Source: the human T2T-CHM13v2.0 reference genome, Homo sapiens. Taken from it: DNA of 64,000 nucleotides. The notes below the pieces were generated by a model. The model searched no databases, had not been told where the DNA came from, and saw nothing but the letters and a program-made list of their open reading frames with translations. Both the position numbers and the translations under genes were made by a program. This document shows, piece after piece, positions 1 through 11,548 of this stretch (position 1 is the stretch's first letter; each line of letters starts with the position of its first letter). The stretch is taken from NCBI RefSeq assembly GCF_009914755.1, contig NC_060938.1, one strand, 5' to 3'.

Positions 1-1050
1 CTTTCCTGAAATGCTAAGTCAATGTATAGCACCTGGATCTACACATTAGTATTATAGGCACTGAGGCAAAAACCCATTCCCTTTGAAATAACGGTGACCT
101 TCCTGATAGAGGTAATATCTCCTCTGTTCCTCCCCAGCAACTTTCCAGTCACCCACAGGGATCCTCTCAGCTAAATAGCCATCAGCTTCCTTTCTAATTT
201 TATGGTGGGAGGATAGGAAAAGGACATACTCCCTGAGGCATTTGGAAAGTTTAATTGTATTTTTGAAGCTAGTTTCTCATACAGGATGCAAAATTTTTCA
301 AAATATAATGAATTTAAATAAAATGTAAGATAAAATGAAGGTGGCCATTCCTGATAATTAAAACTATCTTATTAAGTGATTTGCAGTATATGTTCTCTAC
401 ACAATTGATGTGTGTGATTATTTATTGATTTACCTGGGTTTTGTTGTGGCATCGTTTGTACAATGAAACCAAAATGCCACTTTTAGTCTTTCACCTTAGT
501 TAATTAAATAATTTCCTGGTTGATCTTGTTAATTCCATAGGCTTGAGGTTGAGGGGAGGGTATTTACTTTTTCTGTTGCTATCTCGTTGTTAGTGATTAC
601 GTTTGAAGTTATTTGTACTTTTTAAAGAGACATAAACAAGTAGTCTGAAGGTATTGTATGATAGATTTTTCCAGGTAAAATATTTCAGACCCCCAACTTA
701 TAAGTTGCAATGAATTCCTGTTTAGGGTGATCACTGTCCCTCAGGGTTATGTTAGCTATAGCTGGCAGACAGTAAGGGGGAAGTGGGGCACCCAGAGTGT
801 TGAGTGCTTATTTATTCTTAGTGTGATGAGACAAGGGGTATCATTGAAGGTCATGCAAAACATGTGTTACTTATGTCAGTTGAATGCCCAGATATAGATA
901 ATATATGATTTAAGCATCATAATTGACTCTTTGTTCTCGCTGTCAACACTTTAGGGTGACAATGGAGACAAGAGAACATAGGCCAATGTAGCATGTGCAT
1001 TTTAAGCGCACTTTTCTCTCTTTCTTGGATTGATAAACTTATTATGAGGG

Positions 1051-1546
1051 TGTATTAGTCTTAGTTCTCCAGAGAAACAACAAATTAGGAGCATATATGC
1101 ATATATATGGCTTATATGCATATGGTATTGGTTTACATTGTTACAAAGGCTGAGAAGTCCCAAAATCCGCAATCTGCAATTGGCAACTTGAGACCCAGGA
1201 GAGCCAATGGTATATTTCTAGTCTGAGTTCAAAGACCTGAGAACCAGAAAAGCTAATGATCTAAGTAAATTCCAGTCTGAGCTCCAAGGCAGAACACTCA
1301 TGTCCAAGCTCAAACACAGTCAGTCAGAGAGTGGATTCTCCCTTACTCCACCTTTTGCTCTAGTCAGGCCTTCAAGGGATTGGATGAAGTCCACCCACAT
1401 TGGGGAGGGCAAACTGCTTAACTCAATCTGTATTCAAAGGTTCATCTCATCCAGAAACATCCTCACGGATACAACCAGAATAATGTTTAATGAAATATCT
1501 AGGCGCCTGTGCCCAGGCAAGATGACACATAAAATTAACCATCAGA
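1051..1546 (-). mobile_element. MLT2-family (ERVL) solo LTR
   Basis: Begins TGTATTAGTC..TTCTCCAGAGAAAC and ends GACACATAAAATTAACCATCA, the reverse complement of the MLT2 start TGTGATGGTTAATTTTATGTGTCA. Flanked by GAGGG (1046-1050) and AAGGG (1547-1551), a 5-bp TSD with one mismatch. Confidence 0.9.
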
Positions 1547-1672
1547 AAGGGACTAGCTAAGGTCAAGGTTAAGGCTTTTGAAAGAATGATTTGCTTAAAT
1601 TATCTTTCTTCTGTATAATTTCTCTATTGAAGATCCATGCACATTGCTCTGGAATGTGATTTGTCTCAGATC

Positions 1673-1950
1673 AATTCAATTCACCACACATTTATTGAGC
1701 CCTATGCTTACAAGATATAATGCCAAGCTATATGGGAAACTGAGTGGCACAAAAGCCTTAAGAGTGTATAATCTGGTATTGAGAGATGAATATCCCCAGT
1801 TGCAGTGAAAGGCTGAATATAATAAGCAAAATAAGACAGACATCAATTATTTCCAAAGGAGGACAAAGAAGGGAAGAATTTATTTCTACCGAATCAAGAA
1901 ATACATAAGAAAAGGTTTAAATTTGCCTGGATTGTGAAAGATGAACACCA
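1673..1950 (-). mobile_element. L2 LINE 3' fragment (ancient)
   Basis: ATTCAATTCACCACACATTTATTGAGCCCTATG resembles the reverse-complemented L2 3' terminus (TTCATTCAACAAATATTTATTGAGCACCTAC). Right boundary approximate. Confidence 0.55.
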
Positions 1951-2784
1951 GGGCTTGAAAGTGGCTAATTTTATATTATAATGACTGTTCCAATTTGATA
2001 CAAATATGTTTTTGAAGCTCAGAAAATTTCTTGAATGAGTGAACGTAAATAGTGGCAAAAAGCCAAAAGAGAACACTAATTTTATCACAGGATTTGCCCT
2101 TAGCCATTTTTGAGGCAGAACTACTTTGATGGAATTCCCAAGGAATTCCCTGAACATAAGACGTGCAGTTAAGGTATTTGTCATCCTTCTACCCAGCTTC
2201 TACCATAAAGGTATGGTCATTCAGAAGGTGGAGTATTCATTGAGTGTCACCCAGCAGGGAAAGAACATAGACCATGAGACATCTTAAAATATAAATTTCA
2301 ACCATTTTTTTCTGCAGAAAGTACTTACTCTCTGCAAAGAACTAATGTTGTTTTATGAAGTATTGAACCTGGAGTAATGATATAATGTGCCTTTTAGTTG
2401 CAACCTGTCTGTGTTAGGTCGTAAAAAATTATCTTGGAAACATAATTTTAACAATTAGCTTTCATATTAAGTCAAAAATTATTGCACAGACATTATTTCT
2501 ATTAGCTGTATGTGTAATAGAATAAGACTGTACTAATAAACACTTCTGTAGAAATTAATATTTGATTTATATTGATCCTGACTCATAATTCTAATCCTTA
2601 ACAATTAATGGGTACTGTATGTATGTGCAAGATGGCAGGAGAGGACAGGAAAGGTGGATTTTTAGCAGGGTAATAGGGAAGGGTAAGGAGTAAACAAGAT
2701 ATCGGTGTTCTTTACCACAAATAAAGTCTAAAAGAGAAAACCAAAGTTTGCTACTAGAATAGTTAACAATGATGTGTGTTATTC

Positions 2785-2990
2785 ATGTAGCAGCCATTAT
2801 GTATTAAGTTCTGTGCTAGGCATCTCAATATTGAGAGATCCCATATTATTTACAACCTTATATAAGAAAGAATCTGAGATTGAGACAAAATTTAGTAGTT
2901 TTTTCTTTTTCATTTTTTTAAATTTACACAGAAAGCAAATAATAGAGCTCAGATTCAAATAAGAATTAATTTTACTTCAGTCATTCCAAA
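2785..2990 (-). mobile_element. MIR SINE (degenerate)
   Basis: CTGTGCTAGG...AATCTGAGAT...AATAGAGCTCAGATTCAAAT follows the order of the MIR reverse-strand motifs. Confidence 0.5.
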
Positions 2991-3049
2991 GCTCATACGC
3001 TTTTTAACATATCACATGGTTCTTATAGAGTAAAGCCTACATCAGTTTA

Positions 3050-3480
3050 TTTACTTCATCATTGAGATGTCTCTTGCATTCTTCACCCCTTTATATACTT
3101 CCTCTGTCCTTGACTTGGCTTGAATGAAATCTTTCTTATAGCATTGCAATGCTTTTTTCAATCTGATTTTTCTGCCTCTAGTTTTCCATTTATGCCAGTT
3201 GTCTATTGATTGTCTCTCCACTTCAAATGCACTCTTGTTTGTGCATTTATATCACCTAGGTTTGTGATATAGCTGAAACCTATAAACATTTCTCTTTTGC
3301 CCACAAACACAAGGTTTGCTCTGTTAGTCAAAAGTGCCACACAGACACTGCAAATCCATAGCAGAGGAAGAGGTTTGTCTTTCTTATCCTAAAGGGTTGT
3401 TTTGTTTGTTTATTTGATTAAATGCCCAGAAAATTGGCAATGCTTGGTGCACAGTAAACAGTAAGAAGGATGTTAACTTT
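3050..3480 (+). mobile_element. L2 fragment (degenerate)
   Basis: TTGCAATGC..TCTGATTTTTCTGCCTCTAG and AATGCTTGGTGCACAGTAAACA resemble L2 3' region motifs. Confidence 0.35.
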
Positions 3481-3594
3481 GCTTTAATATAAATAATAAT
3501 TTTATTACAACAGAGATGTCTCCTCAAGAAATGAGATACTTGTGCATGTACATATTTCCTTACAGAAAAATGTGTTCAATATAGTTAGCTATTC

Positions 3595-3667
3595 CTGTTG
3601 CAAGTGATCCTCCCACCTCAGCCTCCTAAAGTGTTAAGATTACAGGCATGAGCCACCGCACCTGGCC
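3595..3667 (-). mobile_element. Alu/FLAM 5' fragment (~70 bp), tailless, with TSD
   Basis: CAAGTGATCCTCCCACCTCAGCC...GCCACCGCACCTGGCC is the reverse complement of Alu positions ~1-70. TTAGCTATTC occurs at 3585-3594 and 3669-3678. Confidence 0.9.
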
Positions 3668-4514
3668 ATTAGCTATTCTCAATCATAAGTCAGAGCAAGG
3701 CAGAGTGAATGGTAAATGAGTGAATATTGCAAAGGAACTCAAATTCCAGATAAGAAGTCTGGGAAAGGTAATTGTTAAGATCCTTTGACCCTTGATAATT
3801 TATTCTTGATTTCATAGAAAAACAATCCAATGAAACATTTACTGCCTGTCTTCTTAAATACTCATTTGTGTGTGTGTACCTTGTCTTACCATTGTGCTAT
3901 TTTTCCTTCTAACAGTGTTCTCAAGGATGTACCAGTTATACAGTAGAGTTAATTTATTTGTAGTGAATAGGGATGCAAATTCCTACTTCTAATTTTCAGT
4001 TTTAATCACCAGAAAATGCATGGCTGCTTGATGGAAAATACTAGAGTTTAATATGAAAACCTTCCTGTCAACATTTCAGTTTTCCCTCATTGCCTCGTTT
4101 CCCTAACAAAGACTCCACATTCTCCAGTGTTTAGCAGACAATAAATCAGTGCTGTGGCTCATTTAACACTCATATTGGAAGGGATTTATTCTCTCTAAAG
4201 CTTCAGAAGTTGGGCCAAATACTCAATTTTTATACATTCAACCCCTCAAATCCAAAAGATGTGATATGAACCAAACTAACACAAACAAACTCTCTGGGGG
4301 AAAAATAATACTGTGGATTTAAAATCACTAATAGATAAAATGAGGACACATTCCTCTGGGTGGTATAGAATTTCTCTCCTCTGCTCCAGAGGGTGCATTG
4401 CTTTTCAGCAGCATAAATCTATCTCCTTTGGTCAAAGAGATGATTTAGTCTCCAGAGCCAAGACAAAAATCCTGTTGGATATTAGAATTTGGAGAGTTCC
4501 ATGGCCTCCAAACA

Positions 4515-4670
4515 GGAATTTATATACCAGAGCTGGTAATGGTCCATCTAGTCGAGCCTCCTGCTTCCTCCTGCATCGAATGATGGATGTGTTAGAAGAC
4601 AGGAATAAACTCACCGTGATGCCCCTAATTGAGAAAAAAAGCCACACCAAGGAAATTTCGTCTTAACTCT
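4515..4670 (-). mobile_element. Possible ancient CR1/L3-type 3' UTR relic
   Basis: AATGGTCCATCTAGTCGAGCCTCCTG and GGAAATTTCGTCTTAACTC resemble the reverse-complemented amniote CR1 3' UTR motifs GGTCCATCTAGTCCAGTATCCTG and GGAAAATTCCTTCCTGACCCC, recalled from memory. Confidence 0.3.
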
Positions 4671-5799
4671 GGTACTGGGTTAGTTTATTCCATCATGCCT
4701 GAGACCTGATAGCTATTTACCTCTATACTACTGTTACAGAGAAATTCTTTTATTTTTATTTTTGGTAGGAACACACTATTAAATTTCTCATAAGCATTTA
4801 ATTCTTAATTGAATCTTATTAACTTCTGCTGATTAACAACTCACTGTAGAGTGAACAAGCAATCACATTCCACCTCTTAATTTTGCTTAAAAACTTCCAG
4901 CTAAATGTACATAAAATAGTGATACCTCTTACTTTATTTCTTAATATTATATGTCTATAAAAAATGTGACCCACTGGAAGTCAACACATAAAAAATTCTC
5001 TGTAATTAGTTATAAAATGTATTATTTGGTTATTAAACTACAAGGAGTGAAAGTTCAATTCATGACTTGTGAGTGTTTCAAGCCTACTCTGTATTATTTG
5101 CTTAAACCTTTTAAGAACCTCATATTTCTTTACTAGGAGAAAATTGCCACTGAGCTAGACTACATTAACATGAAATGTGTTTAACAATATCCTTGCTTGG
5201 AAACTACTAACAATGTGTTAACAGTTTTCCAGGACACTGTGGACAGTGCATTTTATTTTTTTTGACAACAGGACTGCAAACCACTTTATTCAACTCTGTA
5301 TTACGTTGTTAAGCCTCCGATGGAAGGACTTTAAGTAAACAGTCTATGTCATCAAAGGACTCAACTCACTGTCATCACCTATAGAATGTTGAGCAATAAG
5401 GGCAAGGTCAAATCTTGCATTAGAAGTCTGTGCTACTGTGGGTTCACTGCTACTCAGGCTTTGAGAGCAGGCATTTATGCTTGTTGGCAGACTAATTAAG
5501 GGAAATGATATGCCAAAAGAGTTCTCGCCTCATCATTTTTTAAAATGTGTTTACTCATAACTGTGCTTGGATTGGTGGTCAGAAGGGCTAGAAGAAGCAC
5601 TAATCCTCCAACAATTCTCTAATTCTTTTTGCACGAACAGCTTACATTATCACCTGTTTTGAGTGAAAAGCCATAAATTGGTCCCAGGTAATTGTAAATC
5701 ATATAGTCAAATATGAAAGCTCGTTCCTCTGAATGATAATAGGTTAACAATCAAATATTTATTTATATGATTAATGTGACTAAAATGGGGTTTATTTAA

Positions 5800-5990
5800 A
5801 GAGCATAGAATGAACATCAAGAGAACAGGACTTCTGCCTGCATGCCCCAGATTTGAATCCTTGGCCCAAACAGTCATTTCTATGTGCAATTAGGCAAGCC
5901 ATGTATTGTCTATTAACCTACTTCATGAGAGTGCGATGCGAAGATTGTAACTTTTAACATACTTTTAGATCATTGTTTATATTATTACCA
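5800..5990 (+). mobile_element. MIR SINE (degenerate)
   Basis: CCCAGATTTGAATCCTTGGCCC..TATGTGCAATTAGGCAAG..ACCTACTTCATGAGAGTG match the MIR B-box and core motifs. Confidence 0.55.
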
Positions 5991-6784
5991 CTATCGTCAT
6001 ATTTTATGATTTATAAATTATGTGATTAATGTGAATACATAAATTATGTGAACAGAGTATTCTACGACTAAACTACTTTTAAAAACCAAAGCAGATTATG
6101 ATTTGTTTGAAAGATAGAGAAAAAGAAATAAAACTTTGACAATAATATGTTGCTCTTATATAGCATATTCCATTGTTTTCCTTATTTGAGTCTCACAAAC
6201 ATCATGTAGGGTATGTTAATTATTATTATAAAACTTTGAGAAGAGTGTATTTTTCCCTCTAGGAACTAAGCTCCTTTAGAAAAAATAATGTGAATGTACT
6301 TTTGTACTGTTACAAGGTAGTACTAGACTGATAAATATGTCCTCACAAATGGACATAGCACTTGAAAGGTTTTGGAGCTATATGGCTCTGTACATGTCAT
6401 TATTATATTGTTTTTAAGTGAATATCATTTTCTCCAAGCCCATGCATATGTGTATAAGCTTCTGTTAGAGGTAAACAGGTAGATGACAAGTTGTTTCTTT
6501 GCTTAAATTTTAGTTGCAAGGCAAATTTCCTAACAGCCTCTGTTCCGTGTACCTGAAGAGAAAAACAGAAGACAGGAAATGTAAAAACTGGCAAGAACTT
6601 AATAAAAATTTACGATGAACTCTGCATGCACTGACATAGGCAATGTGAAGACCCTAGGATGTATACTAACACCCAAGTATGCAAAATCTACAGGGTCAAG
6701 AATAGAATCTGATATATAACGAATGCTTCATGAATATTTCCTTATACACACACACACACATCTATTACATTTTAGAGGATAATT

Positions 6785-8778
6785 TATTTTATTTACTGTG
6801 TAGTTTTGAAAAATGTTTAAGTGATACAAAATAATTGCACATATGCAGTACAAAATAATTACAGTCATTTTGATACGTGTATATAATCTCATGAGCAAAT
6901 CTGAATAATTAGCATATCCATCTCCTGAAACATTAATTATTTCTTTGTGTAGAGAACATTCTAAATCCTTTCTTCTAGCTATCTGAAAATATACAATAAA
7001 TTTTTATGAACTATAATTACCTTATAATGCTATAAAACCTTAGACTTCTCCTTCTAGCTATAATTATGTATCCATTAAATAACCTCTCCTTATCCTTCCC
7101 TCCCCACTACCCTTCTCAGCCTTGAAGAGCCACAATTCTACTCTTTATTTTTAGAAGCGAAACTTGTTATCTCTCACATATGAGTGAGAACATGTGATAT
7201 TTGTATTTCTGTGTCTGACTCACTTCAATTAACATGATGTACTCCAGGTTCATCCATGTTGCCATAAATGACAGGATTTTATTCTCTCAAGGCTGAATAG
7301 TATTCCACTGTGTATATATGAACATTTTCTTTATCCATTCATCTGCTGATAAAGACTTAAGTTGACTCCATATCATGACTATTGTAAAGAGTGCTGCAAT
7401 AAACATGGGAGCACAGATATCTCTTTGATATACTGATTTTCTTTCCTTTAGATAAATACCCAGCAGTAGGATTACTGGATCATATAGTATTTCTATTTGT
7501 AGTTTTTTGAAAACTCTGATACTGTTTCCCATAACGTCTGTACTAACTGACATTCCCACCAACAGTGTATAAGAGTTCCCTTTTCTCCACATCCTTGCCA
7601 ACATTTGTTATTTTTCATTTTTTTGATAAGAGTCATTCCAACAAAGTTAGCCATCTCATTGTGGTTTTGATTTGCATTTCCCTGATGATTAGTGATGTTA
7701 AGAATTTTTCCATATAATTATTGGCCATTTGTATGTCTTCTTTTGAGAAATGTCTATTCAGATACTTTGCCCATTTTTAATGGAATTATTTGTGAGGTTT
7801 CTTTTTGCTGTTGACTTATTTGAGTTTTTTACATAGTCTGGATATTAATCTATTGTCAGATGAATAATTTGCAGACATTTTCTCCCATTCTATAGGGGTC
7901 TCTTCACTCTCTTGTTTCCTTTGTTGTGCAGGAGCTTTATAGTTTGATAAGACTGCATTTATCTATCTTTGCTTTTGTTGCCTATGGTTTTGAAGTCTTA
8001 TCCGTAAAATTTTTGCCCAGAACAAAATTCTGAAATATTTTTCCTATGTTGTCTTTTATTAGTTCTATTGTTTGAGGTCTTATATGTAAGTCTTTAATTC
8101 ATTTTGAGTTGACATTTGTACATGTAGAGAAATAGATGTCTAGTTTCATTCTTATGCATATGAAAATTCAATTTTCACAGCATCGTTTATTGAAGAGGTT
8201 GTCCTTTCCACAGTATATGTTCTTGGCACCTGTGTTAAAATCAGTTGCCTTAAATACATGGATTTATTTCCAGGGTTTGCCATTCTATTCCATTGGTCTA
8301 TTTGTCTCTCTTTATACCAGCACCATGCTGTTTTGGTTGTTATAACCTTGTAATATATTTTGGAGCCAAGTGGTATGATGCCTCCAGCATTGTTTTGTTT
8401 TTGCTCAGAAATATTTTGGCTATTCAGAGGCATTTGTGGCTGCATACAAATTGTTATCTAGGATTTTTTTTTATTTCTGCGAAGAATACCTTTGGTATTT
8501 TGTTAAGAATTGCATTGAATCTGTAGATCAGTTTGGGTAATATGGTCATTTTAAGAATATTAATTATTTTAATCCATAAACATGAGATGTCTTTTTTATT
8601 TGTTGGTGTACTCTTCAATTTCTTTTATCAATGTTGAGTAGTTTTTATTGTAGAGATGTTTCACCTCCTTGATTAAATTTATTCCTAGGTATTATTTTTT
8701 GTAGCTATAGTAAATTGGAATCCTTTCTTTCTTTCTTTTTCAGCTATTTCATCATTATTGATGTATAGAAACACTACT
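6785..8778 (-). mobile_element. L1MA-type LINE-1, 5'-truncated (3' UTR plus C-terminal ORF2)
   Basis: ORF2 remnants in the track (7287-7604 [12 protein letters not shown]...WIKKM; 8152-8445 [24 protein letters not shown]) and an L1MA-type 3' UTR. Confidence 0.92.
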
Positions 8779-10826
8779 CTTGGTGGAGGCAGTTCTAATG
8801 GCTTTCATTTGGCCTTTCTCACCATAATAGTCCTCACCCTACAGATCAGGGAACCAAGGTGGGGATTCTGCCAGCTGCTGAATAGGTCTATTCAAATTAT
8901 GCATCTGGACCTGGGGAAATAACCAGAAGATGGGTTTGGGAACCCATGTAAATTGAACCTGAGCTTGAACTCCATTAATCACCTGACCCTCGTAACCCCC
9001 TATTTTAAATGGAGGGTCACAATGATGTTTCAGGTCCTGAAATCAATGTCAGTTCAGAGTCAGTGTCCAGCAGTCCCAAAAAGTTCTGATTATTTTCCTT
9101 TCCCCAGTATATATTTACCTAAGTAAGAGGTCAGAGTTTCCTTTGGGGAAGGATGTAAAAGATTGACAGTTTAAATTGTTGGCAGTATCCTGGGGTCCTT
9201 CCTCAAGGGGACTCAGCCTCCCCTTCATTCAAGGGGTTCTGGGTCTATAAACTGGCTCAAGTCTGGAAATTGATTGAGGGTCTATGATTCTCTATTTTTA
9301 TGATTCAAGTTAGACTTGTGTTCACTTGATCTAGACTTTTTCTGCATATACAGATCACGTAAGAATGTAACAGGCTTTCCATGTATTTTGCTTCAAGGAG
9401 CACCATGATTAATTAGACAATGTTGTAGGTCTACATGGGTCAGACTATTCTGATTGTTGTTTTGCCTCTGCCGTCTCTTGCTGTAACCATGTCCATCTTG
9501 CCTTTGGCAATTGAGTGCTGCCATTTGGCCCCTACCACCTTGGGATCCAGTTACTCCCATTGCATTTAGGTTTTAAAATTAAGTGACTGTGGTTCTCACT
9601 GTATGGTCTGGAATACATAGAAGAGAAATCTCAGAGGTCTTCAAGGATGCTGGTTCTCTCCTCACAAATCTGTTTCTCAGAGTATTAATGAAAGGTGTAT
9701 CTTCTGGACCTTCCCAGTGTGGGTGAGTAGGTTTTATGTGAAAAATCCACTTTAGCATTCTAACTCCCTAAGCCTTTGAATCTCTTCCTTTATATTAAAC
9801 CAAGGAAGAGAAGGCATTTCTAGCTCTCATGGTGATCCATATTTCAGCCAACCAAACAAATAATTAGAACTTTTATTAACTCCCCAAGCTGCAACATTAA
9901 ATCCCTGCTTAGTGAGCCGATGTTAATAAATTCAACCTGATCCAGCTTTATTTCCTTCTCCTATTATCCTGCAACCTTAATATCCATTCCCATACAGGTT
10001 TCCCCAGTTTTCTGCTTGTATACAAAATAGAACACTCAGCTAGTTCTTTGGAGTACAGCACACTTCCTCATTGCACCTCACCTTTAGGGGCCTCTGGGAC
10101 TTGAGTCCAGTCATTGTTCTAGAAGAAAAGAGGCATGGTGGGGGTGGGTTCCCAGGAGAACCAGCATTGTCTTATTTGTCAACTGCCTCAGCAGATGCCA
10201 TTATTGTTTCTTCAGGCAATGCATGGTTAATTCCTCCAGACAGAGGCAGAAAGATGAAAACCACTGTGAGGGCTGTTGCCACTGCCACTGGGAGTAGGGA
10301 GGCCACTTCCCCTGGCAAAAAAGGCTCATCAGAATTTAGGAGCTCATTGTCCCCAAGCTTCATCGGAGTCCTCCCATACATCCTTATTCCAATGTACAGT
10401 ATCCTATTCTTTTCCAATCAATGTCCTCATTTTAACAGTAGTCACACTACAAGGCTGAGAGTTCACCTTTTGTTGTAAGTCAGCTAATGACATGATGAGG
10501 GCTTGTGTTTGATTTTCAACAATCGACCTTGTGGCTACAGGAGAGAAGATTCTCCTTCAGAGAATACTTAGAAGCTTTTAGGCTATTTATGTGCATCTGC
10601 AGCTGAGAGTCCAAATCCCTGAGCTTGTCCTTTAATTCCATCTATTTGTTTAGTGATGTCAGGAGCAATCAACCAACATTTCTTGGTTTTCCACAAATAT
10701 TTGAAGTAGAGTCCTTAGCATTTGAAGGTCTAATGAGATTAGAAAGCCAATTGTAGAAACCTCAAAACCGATTAAAATTCATCTTTAAAATTCCGTTCCT
10801 TTAGAACAACTTCTGGTACCAAAATC
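8779..10826 (-). mobile_element. ERVL (HERV-L/ERVL-B4-like) internal region: leader, gag, protease region; 3' part missing
   Basis: ORF 10172-10417 (NSDEPFLPGEVASLLP...LSGGINHALPEETIMASAEAV) matches HERV-L gag (NSDEPFLPEETAS...LSEEINPALPEATVMASPEAV). On the minus strand the internal start reads GATTTTGGTACCAGAAG next to the LTR. Confidence 0.88.
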
Positions 10827-11548
10827 TCTATTAGTCAGGGTTCTCCAAAGGGAAAGAAACAATAGATCTATATAAAAGAGAATTTTTGGGGGGAGTTGGC
10901 TCACACAATCAGAAAGGTGAAGTACCATGATATACCATTTGCAAGCTGGAAAATGAAAGATGCTTGTAGCATGGCTCAATCCAAGTCCAAAAGCCTCAAC
11001 AACAGGGAATTGACAATGCAGCCCCTAGTCTGAGGCTAAAGGTTTGAGAGCTCCCGGAAGACCACTGGTGCAAGTCCCAGAGTCCACAAGCTGAGTAATC
11101 TGGGGCCTGATGTCTAAGGACAGGAGGAACAAAAGGCAATTCAGTCTAAAAGGGAGAAAGAGAAGGAACAAAGCAAGTTGAATATCCACCCTACTTCCCC
11201 AAGCCCTGTTCTAGCCAGACCCTCAGTTTATTGAATGGTACTTTTCTAATTAGTGTCCTCACTTTAACAGTAAACACCCTACAATGCTGAGAGTTTACCT
11301 TTTGTTGTAAGTCAGCCAATGCCATGATGAGGGCTTGTGTTTTATTTTCAACAATTTCAACCTTGTGGCTACAGGAGAGGAGGGTCTTCCCACCTACTGA
11401 GGGTGGGTCTTTCTCCTCCAGTCCACTGACTCACACGCCAATCTCCTCTGGAAATACCTTCATGGACAGGTCCAGAAACAATGCTTCACCAGCCCCATCT
11501 AGGCCTCCCTTAATCCAGTCAAGTTGACACCTAATATTAACCATCACA
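10827..11548 (-). mobile_element. MLT2B/C-type 5' LTR of the ERVL provirus, carrying a ~140-bp gag-derived insert
   Basis: TATTAGTCAGGGTTCTCC ... CAAGTTGACACCTAATATTAACCATCACA are MLT2 termini, and the element abuts the ERVL internal start. Confidence 0.9.
11241..11379 (-). repeat. Dispersed duplicate of ERVL gag segment 10409-10545
   Basis: Direct alignment by eye gives about 13 substitutions plus one 2-bp indel over ~137 bp. Confidence 0.92.

Noticed and set aside
4313-4666. 117-aa ORF as a real gene
   Set aside because: It has a non-ATG start, no recognisable domain and no supporting gene structure, and its length is compatible with chance.
10071-10478. 135-aa plus-strand ORF
   Set aside because: It is the antisense of decayed ERVL gag.
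1051-11548. The two minus-strand MLT2 LTRs as ends of a single provirus
   Set aside because: The left LTR has its own 5-bp TSD and no adjoining ERVL internal or polypurine tract, and it differs markedly in sequence from the right LTR.
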